The notes below the pieces were generated by a model. The model was not told the origin of the DNA, searched no databases, and saw only the letters and a list, made by a program, of their open reading frames with translations. This document shows positions 40,601-51,914 of a DNA stretch of 64,000 nucleotides, piece by piece (within the stretch, counting starts at the first letter, position 1; each line of letters starts with the position of its first letter). Origin of the DNA: Patescibacteria group bacterium (GTDB lineage Bacteria; Patescibacteriota; Dojkabacteria; GCA-002793355); contig BOKM01000001.1 of assembly GCA_016860985.1 (NCBI GenBank), positions 591,462-655,461 of the forward strand, read 5' to 3'. A program made the position numbers and the translations under genes.

Positions 40601-41091
40601 CATTAGTTGCAACAACAGCAGAAGTAAATGTACTGAAAGCCAGAACACTCAATGTAAACGATAACTTCCTTGTAGACGACGAAGGGAATGTTTCTACAAG
40701 CGGAGAACTTTTTGCCGGAGCGATAGAAACGCCAGTAATAAAAGGTGTCGCCGGTGGGTTGAATATAAATATTGGAGAGCAAGAAACCTTTACCGTTTCG
40801 GTTGGTGATACAAAGGCAATTGAGGCAAGCGTGAAAGGAGTTAAAGTCAATAACTTATTAGTAAGCGAGCAGCAGGCAGGCAAAGTAACTCTCCCAGCTG
40901 GTCAAACAACCACAACCGTACAAAGCGAATTGGTTGCTCCTGAATCCGTAGTTGTTGTGACTCCAAATATTCCAGTGGTAACAGCTGTCAAGACAAATAA
41001 TGGCTATTTTGTTATTTCGATAGCAACTGCGAGTTCGCAGGATATCGAACTCGCATGGTATGTCGTAAATGTGGATAGAGGAGAAGATTAA
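28684..41091 (+). CDS. Giant (4135 aa) secreted modular fibre/adhesin-like protein
   Basis: Signal peptide, ISFQSKLT...G.Y.F.F..Y....GG...W.E N-terminal domain, many GNVGIG spacers, NTxxGxxALxxNTTG repeats, Cys-rich propeller-like repeats and duplicated modules. Confidence 0.9.
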   Translation: MRNRSGQSPSAFLRVTLFALLLTTFSFLGQVRAATTDTISFQSKLTNTDGTNISNGTYNFRFRMYSVSSGGTSHWTEDRSLVVNAGVVSVDLGAVQSFPSDLFDYSDLYLQVCFDANGTDLDSSDANCGSGSHRYEEVFSTRKAITAVPVAFRAKYLTDGAGNAYGFNDFFIQGGNAFGAVGVIGTTDNYGLEFRTNNSVVGSFDTSGTFEMAGLAKIGAVAIDDAPSNTYGPALWGGTFNNGLTIKRDLVDLSMQVVTGSLTELNINPSATPIADSVGSLTLVYSNAANSENLSSLYGVYGETIHSSSGTADYLYGGHFSASRDTSTGGAVGTTYGISAYAADGDNIIAGSFVANRQLGATNVDTKGVSSFVSNQYAQSSGVDNTYGSYVSVSRQNATGGTVNTYGIYAELGGDNAGSGVHTTYGLYLENFGGGDTNYAIYTNGTTPSRFGGSITTEGILGIKETGTTPTYYTYFQGGDQAGDITYTLPTASSNGVLTNTGGVLSWAAGGGGISQVGSMTSSVVFGDVTADDDWLGLGASAGRIEFDDLTIDEINILGARVGIGTSTPTDALSLVVNETDNAIWGGGVSVFYDYAPATAGTGYPIGIINSVSVGVGNANGMSGLIGIQNEVSNDGSGDIDNLIGMITSAYNSGSNQVTSIMGASISAGASGGGATNLIGLNVSANDTIPGVTNLYGIYVGAFNDGIGDTQNRYTLYLAEDEDGSTAVNDFGLYSADPNVVNYFAGNVGIGTVSPTSFVLQVAGDIGPDADDTYDLGSSSLRFRDLYLGGNTLHIGSSLTDEGTISYNTTTNVLGISTDSTTNGDIAFFTNQLFLDKSSGNVGIGTTAPLSTLNIADNTGPVTLTSTLLGDPGTTGALGRYAFRAETTEAPSWTTVYNTPEVTVSAFAYDYENGVMYAAAGGGNGVIYRCVVSSGCDVSGDWTEVYDAASLWDQPAIVFDAATNTVFSTSDGVVSRCDTSTGCDAPGDWANVFTSGDDDVLSLGVDTANSVLYVGSAWTQGIIYRCDIAATSCDASGDFTTSFDTPDDGLTSMVYDATNGTMYAGSEWGGEVYRCDTATDCDAGTDWTVSGDLPGSGNLIHALAIDTANDILYASSDDVIYRCPLSSGCDALTDWSISYDTNLSGVYSLGYDTVHERMFAGTGNTGIVYQCATSTGCDSSSDWSVSYDSTQTSILSIGVVNGVVYAGSGNGGFIYRFDDNTSPTYANYAAIEAYAVDTVTGSEDGRLSFKTMLGGTEYESLRVSGNASTFYSSLSLGTSSAGYDATFNASGVNRSLFWESSTGRLIGRDGTNPMVMFTTQPSTADGVFTSFNATGTSKVVQFGNAAMNIGGGGKFRLFNQPTWAVGEDPGAMSAVETLEMNSATGSIGINPSGNASAPTTENIRITTNVSVAADITGLYITGSNPGGSWTAGYFGGNVGIGATGVPNATLNVRGSANQVQFAVRNNGTQSANMVEFQNSSGTALTSINSSGHLDLSGNAIPNAWNTVLKFNNDTLGATELAGGFTNGFIRSSTGRLLVNYITDNAANSLFGGGVNGDAYRRFTMGGDGKWSVGDGTGLQDTNLYRSAANQWTTDDSFRIKGTLGVMEGTGATYYTIFQGGDQAGDITYTLPTASSNGFLQNTGGLLSWAAGSSSVTVGSMTGGTLFADATADDDWLGLGASAGRIAFDDQTTDYVNILDANVGIGIAAPTERLHIANNGDTYLNINATNGSGQISGLKLQRGTWLTDTYTDYSLYVSNGDFMIDTLDDNVTTNVFHIDGATGYTGIGMSTTANRLAVKGGQSVATIGVSNLITADGTFATSSGWTAGSGWSIGSGVVTHTTGNTATLSGTTGATDDDLVYQVNFTVAVTTAGDGFTVSLGGNDAGTTITTAGAKVLYIRPTDLTGTLVFTPGPAGTFVGTIDDVTVYAISQSNADVLVQNSNGTTNPLELRAGGSGALSTFIGTNAGRYNTTTGGGGNGLYNTFVGYNSGRFNATGNSNTTLGHYALARNTTGYSNTAIGTWAMEYNISGYRNSAFGDGALGLNTTGYENSGFGMYSLAENTTGNRNVALGYAALEENTTGHSNISVGSRSGRYLADGSTPNTNSIESIFIGTDTEALAASGTNEIVIGYAAEGLGSNSVVLGNDSIIKTLLRGNVGIGASSSNQLYVYDGQWADTVNPQVLIYGVDNETQVKALSIVDENDNEYFYVRSTTDDRGETYFLGDVGIGVESPAYALSVQAAAGQDAINWRNPTYELGRLGYSTDNDSGWLGLYRNGSSEVEIKANGDSYFNGGDVGIGLDYANTRLHVKGSSSLASVGVTNLVTADGTFATSSGWTEGTGWTIGSGVATHATGNTGILSGTTTATNTSTVYQVNFTTTVTTAGDGLTVSLGGQDAGETITTAGAKTLYIVPSAGTGTLEFKLGALGTFVGTIDDVTVYALTGSTADATFESSNGTSSPIELRAGRSSSNNTFIGTNAGSFSTISGGGTYNTFIGYDSGRYTTTASRNTALGTWSFAQNTTGYRSTAIGYSALSENTTGYRNTALGSNALELNTTGYDNAAVGTYALNVNTTGYENASLGIYSLEANTTGNRNVAIGFAALENNTTGYRNTAIGSRSGRYLADGVTSNTNSISSIFIGSDTEALAASGTNEIVIGYGAEGLGSNSVVLGNDSITKTLLQGNVGIGASSNNQLYVYDSQWADITNPQVLIYGVDNETQVKALSIVDENDNEYFYVRSSPDDKGETYFNGDVGIGVESPAYKLAVGGTLGILEGGSTPSFYTIFQGGDQSANLTYTLPTTSTNGVLTNTAGVLSWVAGGGGGIGQVGSMTGTPAFGDATADDDWLGLGASAGRIAFDDQAIDYVNILDANVGIGYATPTARLDIQGTVTEASLGAEMITATADRDFSSWTGNWSGTDWAPSGDGRARHLISVGFSHPFSLSNAALSAAPASGNVYKITFTVETSTVGSLLVSIGGANSGVLVGKQLNTETHTVVITATGTGALTFTPNTGGWEGYLDDISVVQVTPTNAVEILRNADGTIGSELRAGGSALYNTFVGNSSGQANTTGYNNAALGRQALGHNIAGYRNSAVGYNALYENTIGHDNVAFGTFASRWNNIGNYNTSVGVYALGSSTSGSYNTSIGYQSLYNVTSGNNNTAFGSSVGYSLSTGANNVLFGYQAGDNLTSGSNNIVIGYNVDAPSATASNQLNIGNFIFGTGIDGTGTTVSNGRIGIGTTAPQTTFDVAGSGAFSALGVKYITGSIDPTASTTVTGTGTLFLSEVDPGDRIALDGTATITGSIDPTASTAVTGVGTLFLTELKVGDQITVNSETRTVIAIASNTALTVGVAFTDTANDTSIVRTSTEIRTVVSIASNTSLTVDRAYLDNSADSQITVYRDTFDVTGAALFKGGALFTGLGTPGAPTVTPQGTTGAATWTYKISAVNATGNETVLSADGSTTSGNATLSGTNFNRITWSETPGAAAYRIYRVATGTSPNTSGYIGTVDAHSTLQFDDTGIGIMGGYSGSVFDETSNVGIGTLKTPPRDTLTVDGRINQTWHYMFEDFFGGRANQTANAVINAGNAMSFARIGTSGCTASYPSVANGVYRMTSGATAALGCLLSQAGTAGLPNIKQVDVSLAPVLEVVLNPGATSAKTMIVGFSNQTTATVAEPTAGLYFYASTAGTPSDQWIAVARNASVSTTQATGVTTNTNTYQVLRIEASATHARYYINDVLVADLRTNIPASGATLEFVVGHATTAAAAKTVDIDSIEFWQDDPVVSGMPGQLPAGFDGSNLLQNHMLYSDTTYAKGASEETIPEGYVVSFTDSTEFDDNGKNRLVYNIEKSKAGDSTVLGIGSGLIDPNAPFEIGLNPYAVALYGPTYAWVEEGGETNITLGQELRLSSKSEGVLSVEGGQIIARSLEVVDWNVIDGVEGQSKRKLIKVFAMNGGSQNAALVAGGVSNYFTAVDDSSIQTPYRLIANSLVATTAEVNVLKARTLNVNDNFLVDDEGNVSTSGELFAGAIETPVIKGVAGGLNINIGEQETFTVSVGDTKAIEASVKGVKVNNLLVSEQQAGKVTLPAGQTTTTVQSELVAPESVVVVTPNIPVVTAVKTNNGYFVISIATASSQDIELAWYVVNVDRGED
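34060..36960 (+). repeat. About 1.5-kb intragenic tandem duplication in the giant gene
   Basis: NL(I/V)TADGTFATSSGWT...TEALAASGTNEIVIGY...NPQVLIYGVDNETQVKALSIVDENDNEYFYVRS occurs twice, about 34060-35400 and about 35590-36960, with mostly synonymous differences. Confidence 0.9.
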
Positions 41092-41107
41092 TATAAGAAA
41101 GGTAAGG

Positions 41108-43516
41108 ATGAACAAGTTATTAAAAGGTATGAGGGCGATGTCGTTAAGCTTCTTGGTGTTAATCGCTTCTTTTGGTGTTGTTCATGCTGCTAATTATGTA
41201 GAAACTACCTCCTATGACCTTGGGTATCCAGGGATTGATCTTGCCGAAGATTCGAGTGGAAACATCTTTATTGTAGATACAAATAATCAGAAAATTAAAA
41301 AATACGACCAAAACGGCAACTACTTATTACAATTTGGTGCCGAAGGAACAGGTAACGGGGAGTTCTCCTATGTTTCTAGTATGGCTATTGACTCTGCAGG
41401 TAATGTGTTTGTTGCAGACGAAGTTCGCGTTCAGAAGTTTTCAAATAATGGAGCCTTTCTCTCCGTATTTGCTAATACAGGTGAGGTAAAAGGAATGGCT
41501 ATTGATGCTGCTGACAATGTATATGTTTCGCTGCCTGTTGATTCGCAGATTGCAAAATACTCCTCTGCCGGTGCATTGCTTGGGTCTTTTGGAACTTTAG
41601 GTGACCAACCAGAAGAGTTTGATTCTCCAGGGAGCCTCACTATTGACGCAGCAGGGAATATTTATGTTGCAGATGAAGCCAATAAACGAATGCAGGTGTT
41701 CTCCTCGGGCTTTGAATACTTGTATGAGGTGACAGGTTTTGGCCCTGCAGAATCATGGTACATTATGCCTTTTGATATTGATGTAAGCCCATCTGGTGAA
41801 ACTTTTGTTGCTGATACCTACAATAATATTGTAAAGGTTTACGATAACACTGGATTGTTTTTGTCCAGTATTGATGTGCCGGGAAATCCGTACGGTATTA
41901 TTGCCAAAAGTAATGTGATTCTTGTAAGCGTTGCCGGAGATACAACGTTACGCAGGTTTACGTTGGATGATTTAGCGCCAACTATAAATGTAACACCGTT
42001 TGATAGTCATACGGTTGCGACAGGTCGACCCACTTTTGAAGGTTTGGCTGTCGATACCATGAGTCCGGTTACTTCAGTTGATTTCAAGGTAGAGGGTGGT
42101 GCGTATACAGGTGATTGGGCCAATTGTTCCCCTTCTGATGATTCGTACGATTCATTATCTGAAGCATTTACATGTATACCAGCCGACAGTATCCCCGTTG
42201 GGAGCTACACACTAACAGTACGGGCGACTGATAATGTTGCAAACACCAACCGTCAAGAAGACGATAATTTATTTACTTATACGTTTTCAATTATTGATGA
42301 TGCTCCTGCTAGTATAGATAACGAAGCGTTTCCGGAGGACAAAACGTTTGATACCACACCATTATTAACGGGAACAGTTGTTGATCTTGTTTCAGGAATT
42401 GTGAGTGTTGAGTACGAGTTAACCTCTGAAGCATCGGGAGTGTGGCACGCCTGTACCTCTGAAGATGGTGCATTTGATGAGCTTGCAGAAGTATATCAAT
42501 GTCAATTAGTTGATGCCTTAAGTGCAGGTATACATATAGTAACGATTCGTTCGACTGATGCTTCAGGTTTTACTAATGAACCATATCCTGATGGAAATGC
42601 GTGGGAATATACCTTTGAAGTAAGAGCGCTGACGACCCCAACTGTGGCAACAGGTACAGCGAGTTCAATTACTTCCAGCTCTGCAGTGATTGGCGGGACT
42701 GTTTCAAGCAATGGAGGGAGTGTTGTAACTGAGCGGGGTATTGTGTATTCAGCAACAGTAAGTACCCCTACGGTTTCTGATATAAAAGTAGCAAGTGGTA
42801 TGGGGGTAGGAGTATACACAGCGAGCCTAAGTAGTCTTGCTGCATCAACTCATTACTACGCGCGTTCATATGCAATAAACGCACAAGGAACATCGTACGG
42901 CTCCGTTCTCGAATTCACTACGCTTGCAGCTGCACCTACAACACCTGCCTCGCTACAGAATGTGTATGTCACGTTTGCAAAGTTTAAATATAATAAATAT
43001 GTATCTCCTTCTGCTCTTCGCACGGGGGATACGGCGTATATAAAGAATTTCAATACGAGTAAGTTGAAATTGTTACAGGTTTTTCTTTATGACTATGCAA
43101 AAAAAGGGAATCAAGGGTTTACCAAGTCAAAGGTGACAACATCGTCAATGTTTCTTAGAACAACTAGCCTTCTACCGACGGGTAAGCGCTACGCGTATGT
43201 CTTTAAATTCCAAGATAAAGCAACAGGGATCATCGCAACCAAATATTTTGTTGTATATACAACAAAAGTATGGCAGGGAAAGTCGGTTTTAGGAGTTACA
43301 ACGACAACGGAAACTGGAGTGCAGAATAAGCCGGGGCCTGACCCAAGTGAAGTTGCGCCGAATTATGTTGCCAATCCACTTCCACAGTATAGTGGAGATT
43401 GGAATAGAATATGGTCTAACGTTGTTGATTCAGGCGTGCTACCTTATATTGCTGTTGCTATTTGTATTGGAGGAGTTGTGATTGTCTTTCTAAGAAATAT
43501 AAAGCATGAATCCTGA
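41108..43516 (+). CDS. NHL-repeat beta-propeller surface protein with Ig-like/FN3-like domains and C-terminal TM
   Basis: Signal peptide, AIDSAGNVFVAD/IDAAGNIYVAD NHL repeats, two Ig-like repeats, YYARSYAINAQGTSYG and a terminal TM. Confidence 0.85.
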   Translation: MNKLLKGMRAMSLSFLVLIASFGVVHAANYVETTSYDLGYPGIDLAEDSSGNIFIVDTNNQKIKKYDQNGNYLLQFGAEGTGNGEFSYVSSMAIDSAGNVFVADEVRVQKFSNNGAFLSVFANTGEVKGMAIDAADNVYVSLPVDSQIAKYSSAGALLGSFGTLGDQPEEFDSPGSLTIDAAGNIYVADEANKRMQVFSSGFEYLYEVTGFGPAESWYIMPFDIDVSPSGETFVADTYNNIVKVYDNTGLFLSSIDVPGNPYGIIAKSNVILVSVAGDTTLRRFTLDDLAPTINVTPFDSHTVATGRPTFEGLAVDTMSPVTSVDFKVEGGAYTGDWANCSPSDDSYDSLSEAFTCIPADSIPVGSYTLTVRATDNVANTNRQEDDNLFTYTFSIIDDAPASIDNEAFPEDKTFDTTPLLTGTVVDLVSGIVSVEYELTSEASGVWHACTSEDGAFDELAEVYQCQLVDALSAGIHIVTIRSTDASGFTNEPYPDGNAWEYTFEVRALTTPTVATGTASSITSSSAVIGGTVSSNGGSVVTERGIVYSATVSTPTVSDIKVASGMGVGVYTASLSSLAASTHYYARSYAINAQGTSYGSVLEFTTLAAAPTTPASLQNVYVTFAKFKYNKYVSPSALRTGDTAYIKNFNTSKLKLLQVFLYDYAKKGNQGFTKSKVTTSSMFLRTTSLLPTGKRYAYVFKFQDKATGIIATKYFVVYTTKVWQGKSVLGVTTTTETGVQNKPGPDPSEVAPNYVANPLPQYSGDWNRIWSNVVDSGVLPYIAVAICIGGVVIVFLRNIKHES

Positions 43517-43817
43517 GGAATCATTTAGTAAAGCCGACGCATTATGTGGGGATCAAGATTTTACCTTCCAATATGAGCCAGATAGAACTGACCTGCTTGT
43601 TGCTGCAACCTTACCTGCTGTAAATGCAAAAGCGAGAAAAGGTGACGTCAAATTAGATACTGATGCACTCATTTTGCGTAAAGCGCAGTGCCGTTTGTGT
43701 AAATTGAATGCTGCAAACCAGCGACATGGTGGAAATGTATCTTGCCTGCCCCGACTGCAATCGACCCTAGATATGGTCACTTTCAAGGTTATTCCTCAGA
43801 TCAAAGAGAAGAGATAG
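43506..43817 (+). CDS. Small hypothetical protein with CxxC
   Basis: 103 aa, overlaps the upstream stop, four Cys including CRLC. Confidence 0.5.
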   Translation: MNPEESFSKADALCGDQDFTFQYEPDRTDLLVAATLPAVNAKARKGDVKLDTDALILRKAQCRLCKLNAANQRHGGNVSCLPRLQSTLDMVTFKVIPQIKEKR

Positions 43818-43826
43818 TTACGGCTC

Positions 43827-43946
43827 TTGACTTGCTGGTTTTGTTTTGTGTATAATACCCCTGCTCTTAAGAAAAAAAGTAAGAAGAGTTGTATCCCAAA
43901 AGATTAATAAAGCGCAATTTGACACTGCATTCGTTTGTGTTACAAT
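43827..43946 (+). promoter_or_regulatory. Tandem rRNA operon promoters P1/P2
   Basis: TTGACT-18-TATAAT (43827-43856) and TTGACA-16-TACAAT with extended -10 TG (43919-43946). Confidence 0.75.
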
Positions 43947-43958
43947 TACGAACATTTA

Positions 43959-43984
43959 ATCCGAAAGGATTTGCTCCTTGACAA
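43959..43984 (+). promoter_or_regulatory. rrn antitermination boxB/boxA-like site
   Basis: Hairpin ATCC-GAAA-GGAT followed by TGCTCCTTGACA (cf. boxA TGCTCTTTAACA). The region also pairs with 45708-45741 as the 16S processing stalk. Confidence 0.6.
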
Positions 43985-44146
43985 TCGAGGTGTGGCGGGA
44001 AACCGCACCAATTCAGTAGAAATACTACAAAAAACAAAATTAGGGTTGCGAGGCGACTTCGGTCAAATCGGAACGCTAGTTCAATAAATCGAAAACGCGA
44101 AAGAATTCAAAAGCAATCGCAGGTTCGATCATGAGTCAATGACTCC

Positions 44147-45698
<1,552 letters not shown>

Positions 45699-45739
45699 TA
45701 GGAGATGAGCGGTTTTCTCGCCACACCAGGATTGTTAAG

Positions 45740-45811
45740 GGGCATGTAGCTCAGTGGTAGAGCACTGTACTGATAATGCAGTGGTCCTTGGTTCGACCCC
45801 AAGCATGCCCA
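45740..45811 (+). tRNA. tRNA-Ile(GAT)
   Basis: GGGCATG/CATGCCC acceptor stem, CTGTA-CTGATAA-TGCAG anticodon arm, located in the ITS. Confidence 0.95.
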
Positions 45812-45824
45812 TTTCTAGGGACCC

Positions 45825-45897
45825 GGGCCTGTAGCTCAGTTGGTAGAGCACTCGCTTTGCATGCGAGTTGTCAGGGGTTCGAATCCCCTCAGGTCCA
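45825..45897 (+). tRNA. tRNA-Ala(TGC)
   Basis: GGGCCTG/CAGGTCC acceptor stem with G3:U70, CTCGC-TTTGCAT-GCGAG anticodon arm. Confidence 0.95.
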
Positions 45898-45930
45898 AGA
45901 ATCTTTAAAAGGTTCTGAGTCTGAGGAAAT

Positions 45931-46184
45931 GGAAAAATTGCATTATCATAATTAGTCAATGTCGGCTTCCAATATAAACGGAGCCAAAAAGCATTGCATA
46001 CACCTCGGTTCTTTGATAAAATCTGCTTACGCTCGTAAAGAAAGCAGAAGAGAGTGAAGGAATTATGGAGTTTTTCGCAAGGAAAATTCCCAGTTCTTTT
46101 ACTGAAAGGAGGTTCGCCTCTGATAAAGGATGTGCGTTGGTTTTCTTCGGAATTCTGACCTCTCTCATTTGCGCAAGCAAATGA
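45931..46184 (+). pseudogene. Possible eroded four-helix-bundle (23S rRNA IVP-like) gene in the ITS
   Basis: With two 1-nt frameshifts it reads VGFQYKRSQKALHTPRFFDKIC/YARKE/AEESEGIMEFF...ILTSLICASK*. Confidence 0.4.
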
Positions 46185-46227
46185 GGGAAAACACATTTGA
46201 ACATTGACAATTGAATTAGGTTTTGTG

Positions 46228-49381
<3,154 letters not shown>

Positions 49382-49638
49382 CATACCTATTCAGTTGCTT
49401 TTACATTAGACTCTGTCTAGTACGAAAGCAACTGAAAACACGAATTTCAGACTTGTCTGTGTATAACTTGTTATACAACCTACTTGTAGGTAAAGGAGTG
49501 TTATTCAATTGTCAGTGTTTGCATTTTTCTGTAAACACTTTTCAACTCTATCTAATAAAAATAGACAATGCTCTGTTTTTTATATGCGTAACCGACGTGC
49601 TCGGTTGTTTTTTACGACCTATTGAGTAAAATGTAGCT

Positions 49639-50211
49639 ATGCCAGAAGTAGAGTTGAGAAAAAAATTTTCAGAACTACATGCGATGGATCAAAAATATCG
49701 CACTAATATCGAAACTTTCGATGCCAACTTACGGGAACAGAAAGTGCTTGACGAGCAAAATCTATTAATGTTGGAGGAAATAGTTGGAAAATTTGGCTGG
49801 CCAACAATTGCTGTATTAGGTGAAGATTTGGCTCGTGTACCGATACTAATTGCTCAACATTCGAGCTTTTTGGATCGCTCGGAACGTCTTTATGAGATAG
49901 CGTTTTCTGCATATAAACAAGATTCACGTGCATTGAAGCCAGAATGGCTAACAAATTGGATTGATTCGATTAGAGTGCAAAGTCAAAGGCCACTCGTTTA
50001 CGGTCAATATTTTTTACGAAGAAATGGAGAGCATTGGGTAATACCTCAAATTGAAGATGTAGAACGCTTAGAGCAAAGGCGACGAAGTATGGGACTTGAG
50101 CCGTTTCCTGTATTTTTCGCGCAGCGTTTGAGGGATTTTCCAGATAAGGCAGATAGAGAATCTCTTCTTAATTCTTATGAGACTATTTTTGGAGCAAGGT
50201 TTAGGGAATAA
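49639..50211 (+). CDS. DUF6624-like protein
   Basis: DQ..R, D..N...L..I....GWP....LG......LIAQH, D..RV....P.VYG and R.E.RR.SMGL.P. Confidence 0.7.
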   Translation: MPEVELRKKFSELHAMDQKYRTNIETFDANLREQKVLDEQNLLMLEEIVGKFGWPTIAVLGEDLARVPILIAQHSSFLDRSERLYEIAFSAYKQDSRALKPEWLTNWIDSIRVQSQRPLVYGQYFLRRNGEHWVIPQIEDVERLEQRRRSMGLEPFPVFFAQRLRDFPDKADRESLLNSYETIFGARFRE

Positions 50212-50261
50212 TTTTTTGTCAGAAAGTTGAATTTATCGGTGTTTTGTTTTACTATGAAGAG

Positions 50262-51914
50262 ATGAATCGACGTGTCGTTGCCTTTCTAAAAAAATTACCC
50301 GGACTCGCAGTTATAGTTGTTGCAGGAACCATTTCATATTCGGTCGTCGCTGACTCTATCAATACACAAGTTACGGTTTCAAACTCGTCACCTACGTTTT
50401 CAGTCGCACCTGCAGAATCACCTGTGTCTGATACAACAACTCCAACCAACGTTGGAAATGTTGTCACGTTTCAGGCAACTGCCACCGATGCAAATAATGA
50501 TTCGTATCGGCTTGCAATCTGCAAAACAAATGCAGTAACCCCAAATGGTGTAGGTGCTCCCACATGTGATGGCGGAAGTTGGTGTGTTTCTTCTACAGCT
50601 GCCTCAGGTGCGCAAGCCTCCTGTACCTATACAGCTTTGTCAGGGGATGCCGAATCAAATGATTGGTTTGCTTTTGTTTGTGATTCAACAACCGGAAGTA
50701 CGTGTTCGTCGTCAAGCCAAGGGAGTGGGAGCGCAGGCTCTCCTTTTGCAGTTAATCACGCGCCTGCCTTTACTGCAATGAACTCTACCGCGGGGGATCC
50801 AGGAGCAACAATAACCTTCACCGCAACGGCCAGCGATGCTGATACAAGTGGAAGTGCAGATACCGTTCTCCTTGTTGTTTGTTCAGTATCTGGAGCAACT
50901 GCCAGTGGATGTACTATACCTGCAAATCAACTTTGTATTTCGACAGCGGTATCGAGCAATCCTACCTGTGATTACACCCTACCCGCGGTAAAAAATAGCG
51001 GTACAACGAGCTATTATTCCTATGTTTATGATAGTCACAATTTAGGGGCAACCAACAATCCTTTTCCTTCAAAATCCTACACAACTAATAATGTTTCGCC
51101 CTCAGTGTCAAATGTTGTCGTAAATGGTGCGGCAGACATTACGCTGACGGCAGGTACAACAACTAACGTTACGGTTACGGGCACAATTACCGATGCTAAC
51201 TCTTGTCAAAATATAAGTTCGGTGAAAACAAGCCTTTACCGTTCTGGAGTGGGCTATTCTGCGTGTGATACCGTTGGTGAGTTAAATTATAACTACTGTT
51301 ATTCACTCGTTACCTGTTCAGTTTCTGGAGGTTCCTGTACTGGTGGGACTGACGCATCTGCTGACTACTCTTGTACCGTAACGATGCAATATCATACAGA
51401 TCCAACCGATGTGTCGACTGTATATTCTGCCGAAAACTGGCTTGGAACGATTTTGGTAACCGATTCAGGTGCGTTAACTGCAACTGCTGAGTCGAGTACT
51501 CCCATAGAAGTTGCAAGTCTTACTGCACTCAGCCTTGACGCGCTTGTTTCCTATGGCAACATAGGCTTAGGGCAAGATTCTGGAGCGACTAATGCCACAA
51601 CAACCGTAACGGCACTTGGTAATGTCGGGATTGATACTGAATTGTCCGGTACATCAATGACAAATGGAACCGATACCATTCCTGTCGCCAACCAAAAATA
51701 TGGAACAACGGCTTTCACCTATTCGTCGGGGGGGACTGCGCTAAGCACAACACCCGTTGAAATCGAACTAAATGTGCTTAAGACAACGAGTGTGGGAACT
51801 CCGGCAACGAAGAGCCTGTATTGGGGTATTGCAATTCCAGGCAGTATAAGTTTTGGTACGTATACAGGGACAAATAACATCACAGCCATAAAAGGTGAAT
51901 CAAATGAATGGTAA
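50262..51914 (+). CDS. Secreted Cys/Thr-rich protein with shared C-terminal YWG.IP...GTYTG module
   Basis: Signal peptide, two Cys-rich Ig-like repeats, and a C-terminal about 270 aa homologous to that of 52835-57604. Confidence 0.85.
   Translation: MNRRVVAFLKKLPGLAVIVVAGTISYSVVADSINTQVTVSNSSPTFSVAPAESPVSDTTTPTNVGNVVTFQATATDANNDSYRLAICKTNAVTPNGVGAPTCDGGSWCVSSTAASGAQASCTYTALSGDAESNDWFAFVCDSTTGSTCSSSSQGSGSAGSPFAVNHAPAFTAMNSTAGDPGATITFTATASDADTSGSADTVLLVVCSVSGATASGCTIPANQLCISTAVSSNPTCDYTLPAVKNSGTTSYYSYVYDSHNLGATNNPFPSKSYTTNNVSPSVSNVVVNGAADITLTAGTTTNVTVTGTITDANSCQNISSVKTSLYRSGVGYSACDTVGELNYNYCYSLVTCSVSGGSCTGGTDASADYSCTVTMQYHTDPTDVSTVYSAENWLGTILVTDSGALTATAESSTPIEVASLTALSLDALVSYGNIGLGQDSGATNATTTVTALGNVGIDTELSGTSMTNGTDTIPVANQKYGTTAFTYSSGGTALSTTPVEIELNVLKTTSVGTPATKSLYWGIAIPGSISFGTYTGTNNITAIKGESNEW

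Noticed and set aside
28684-43516. Prophage or tailocin interpretation of the tail-fibre-like giant gene next to a tRNA att-like repeat
   Set aside because: No integrase, capsid, terminase or tail genes are present. The protein has a signal peptide and lies outside the two att-like repeats.
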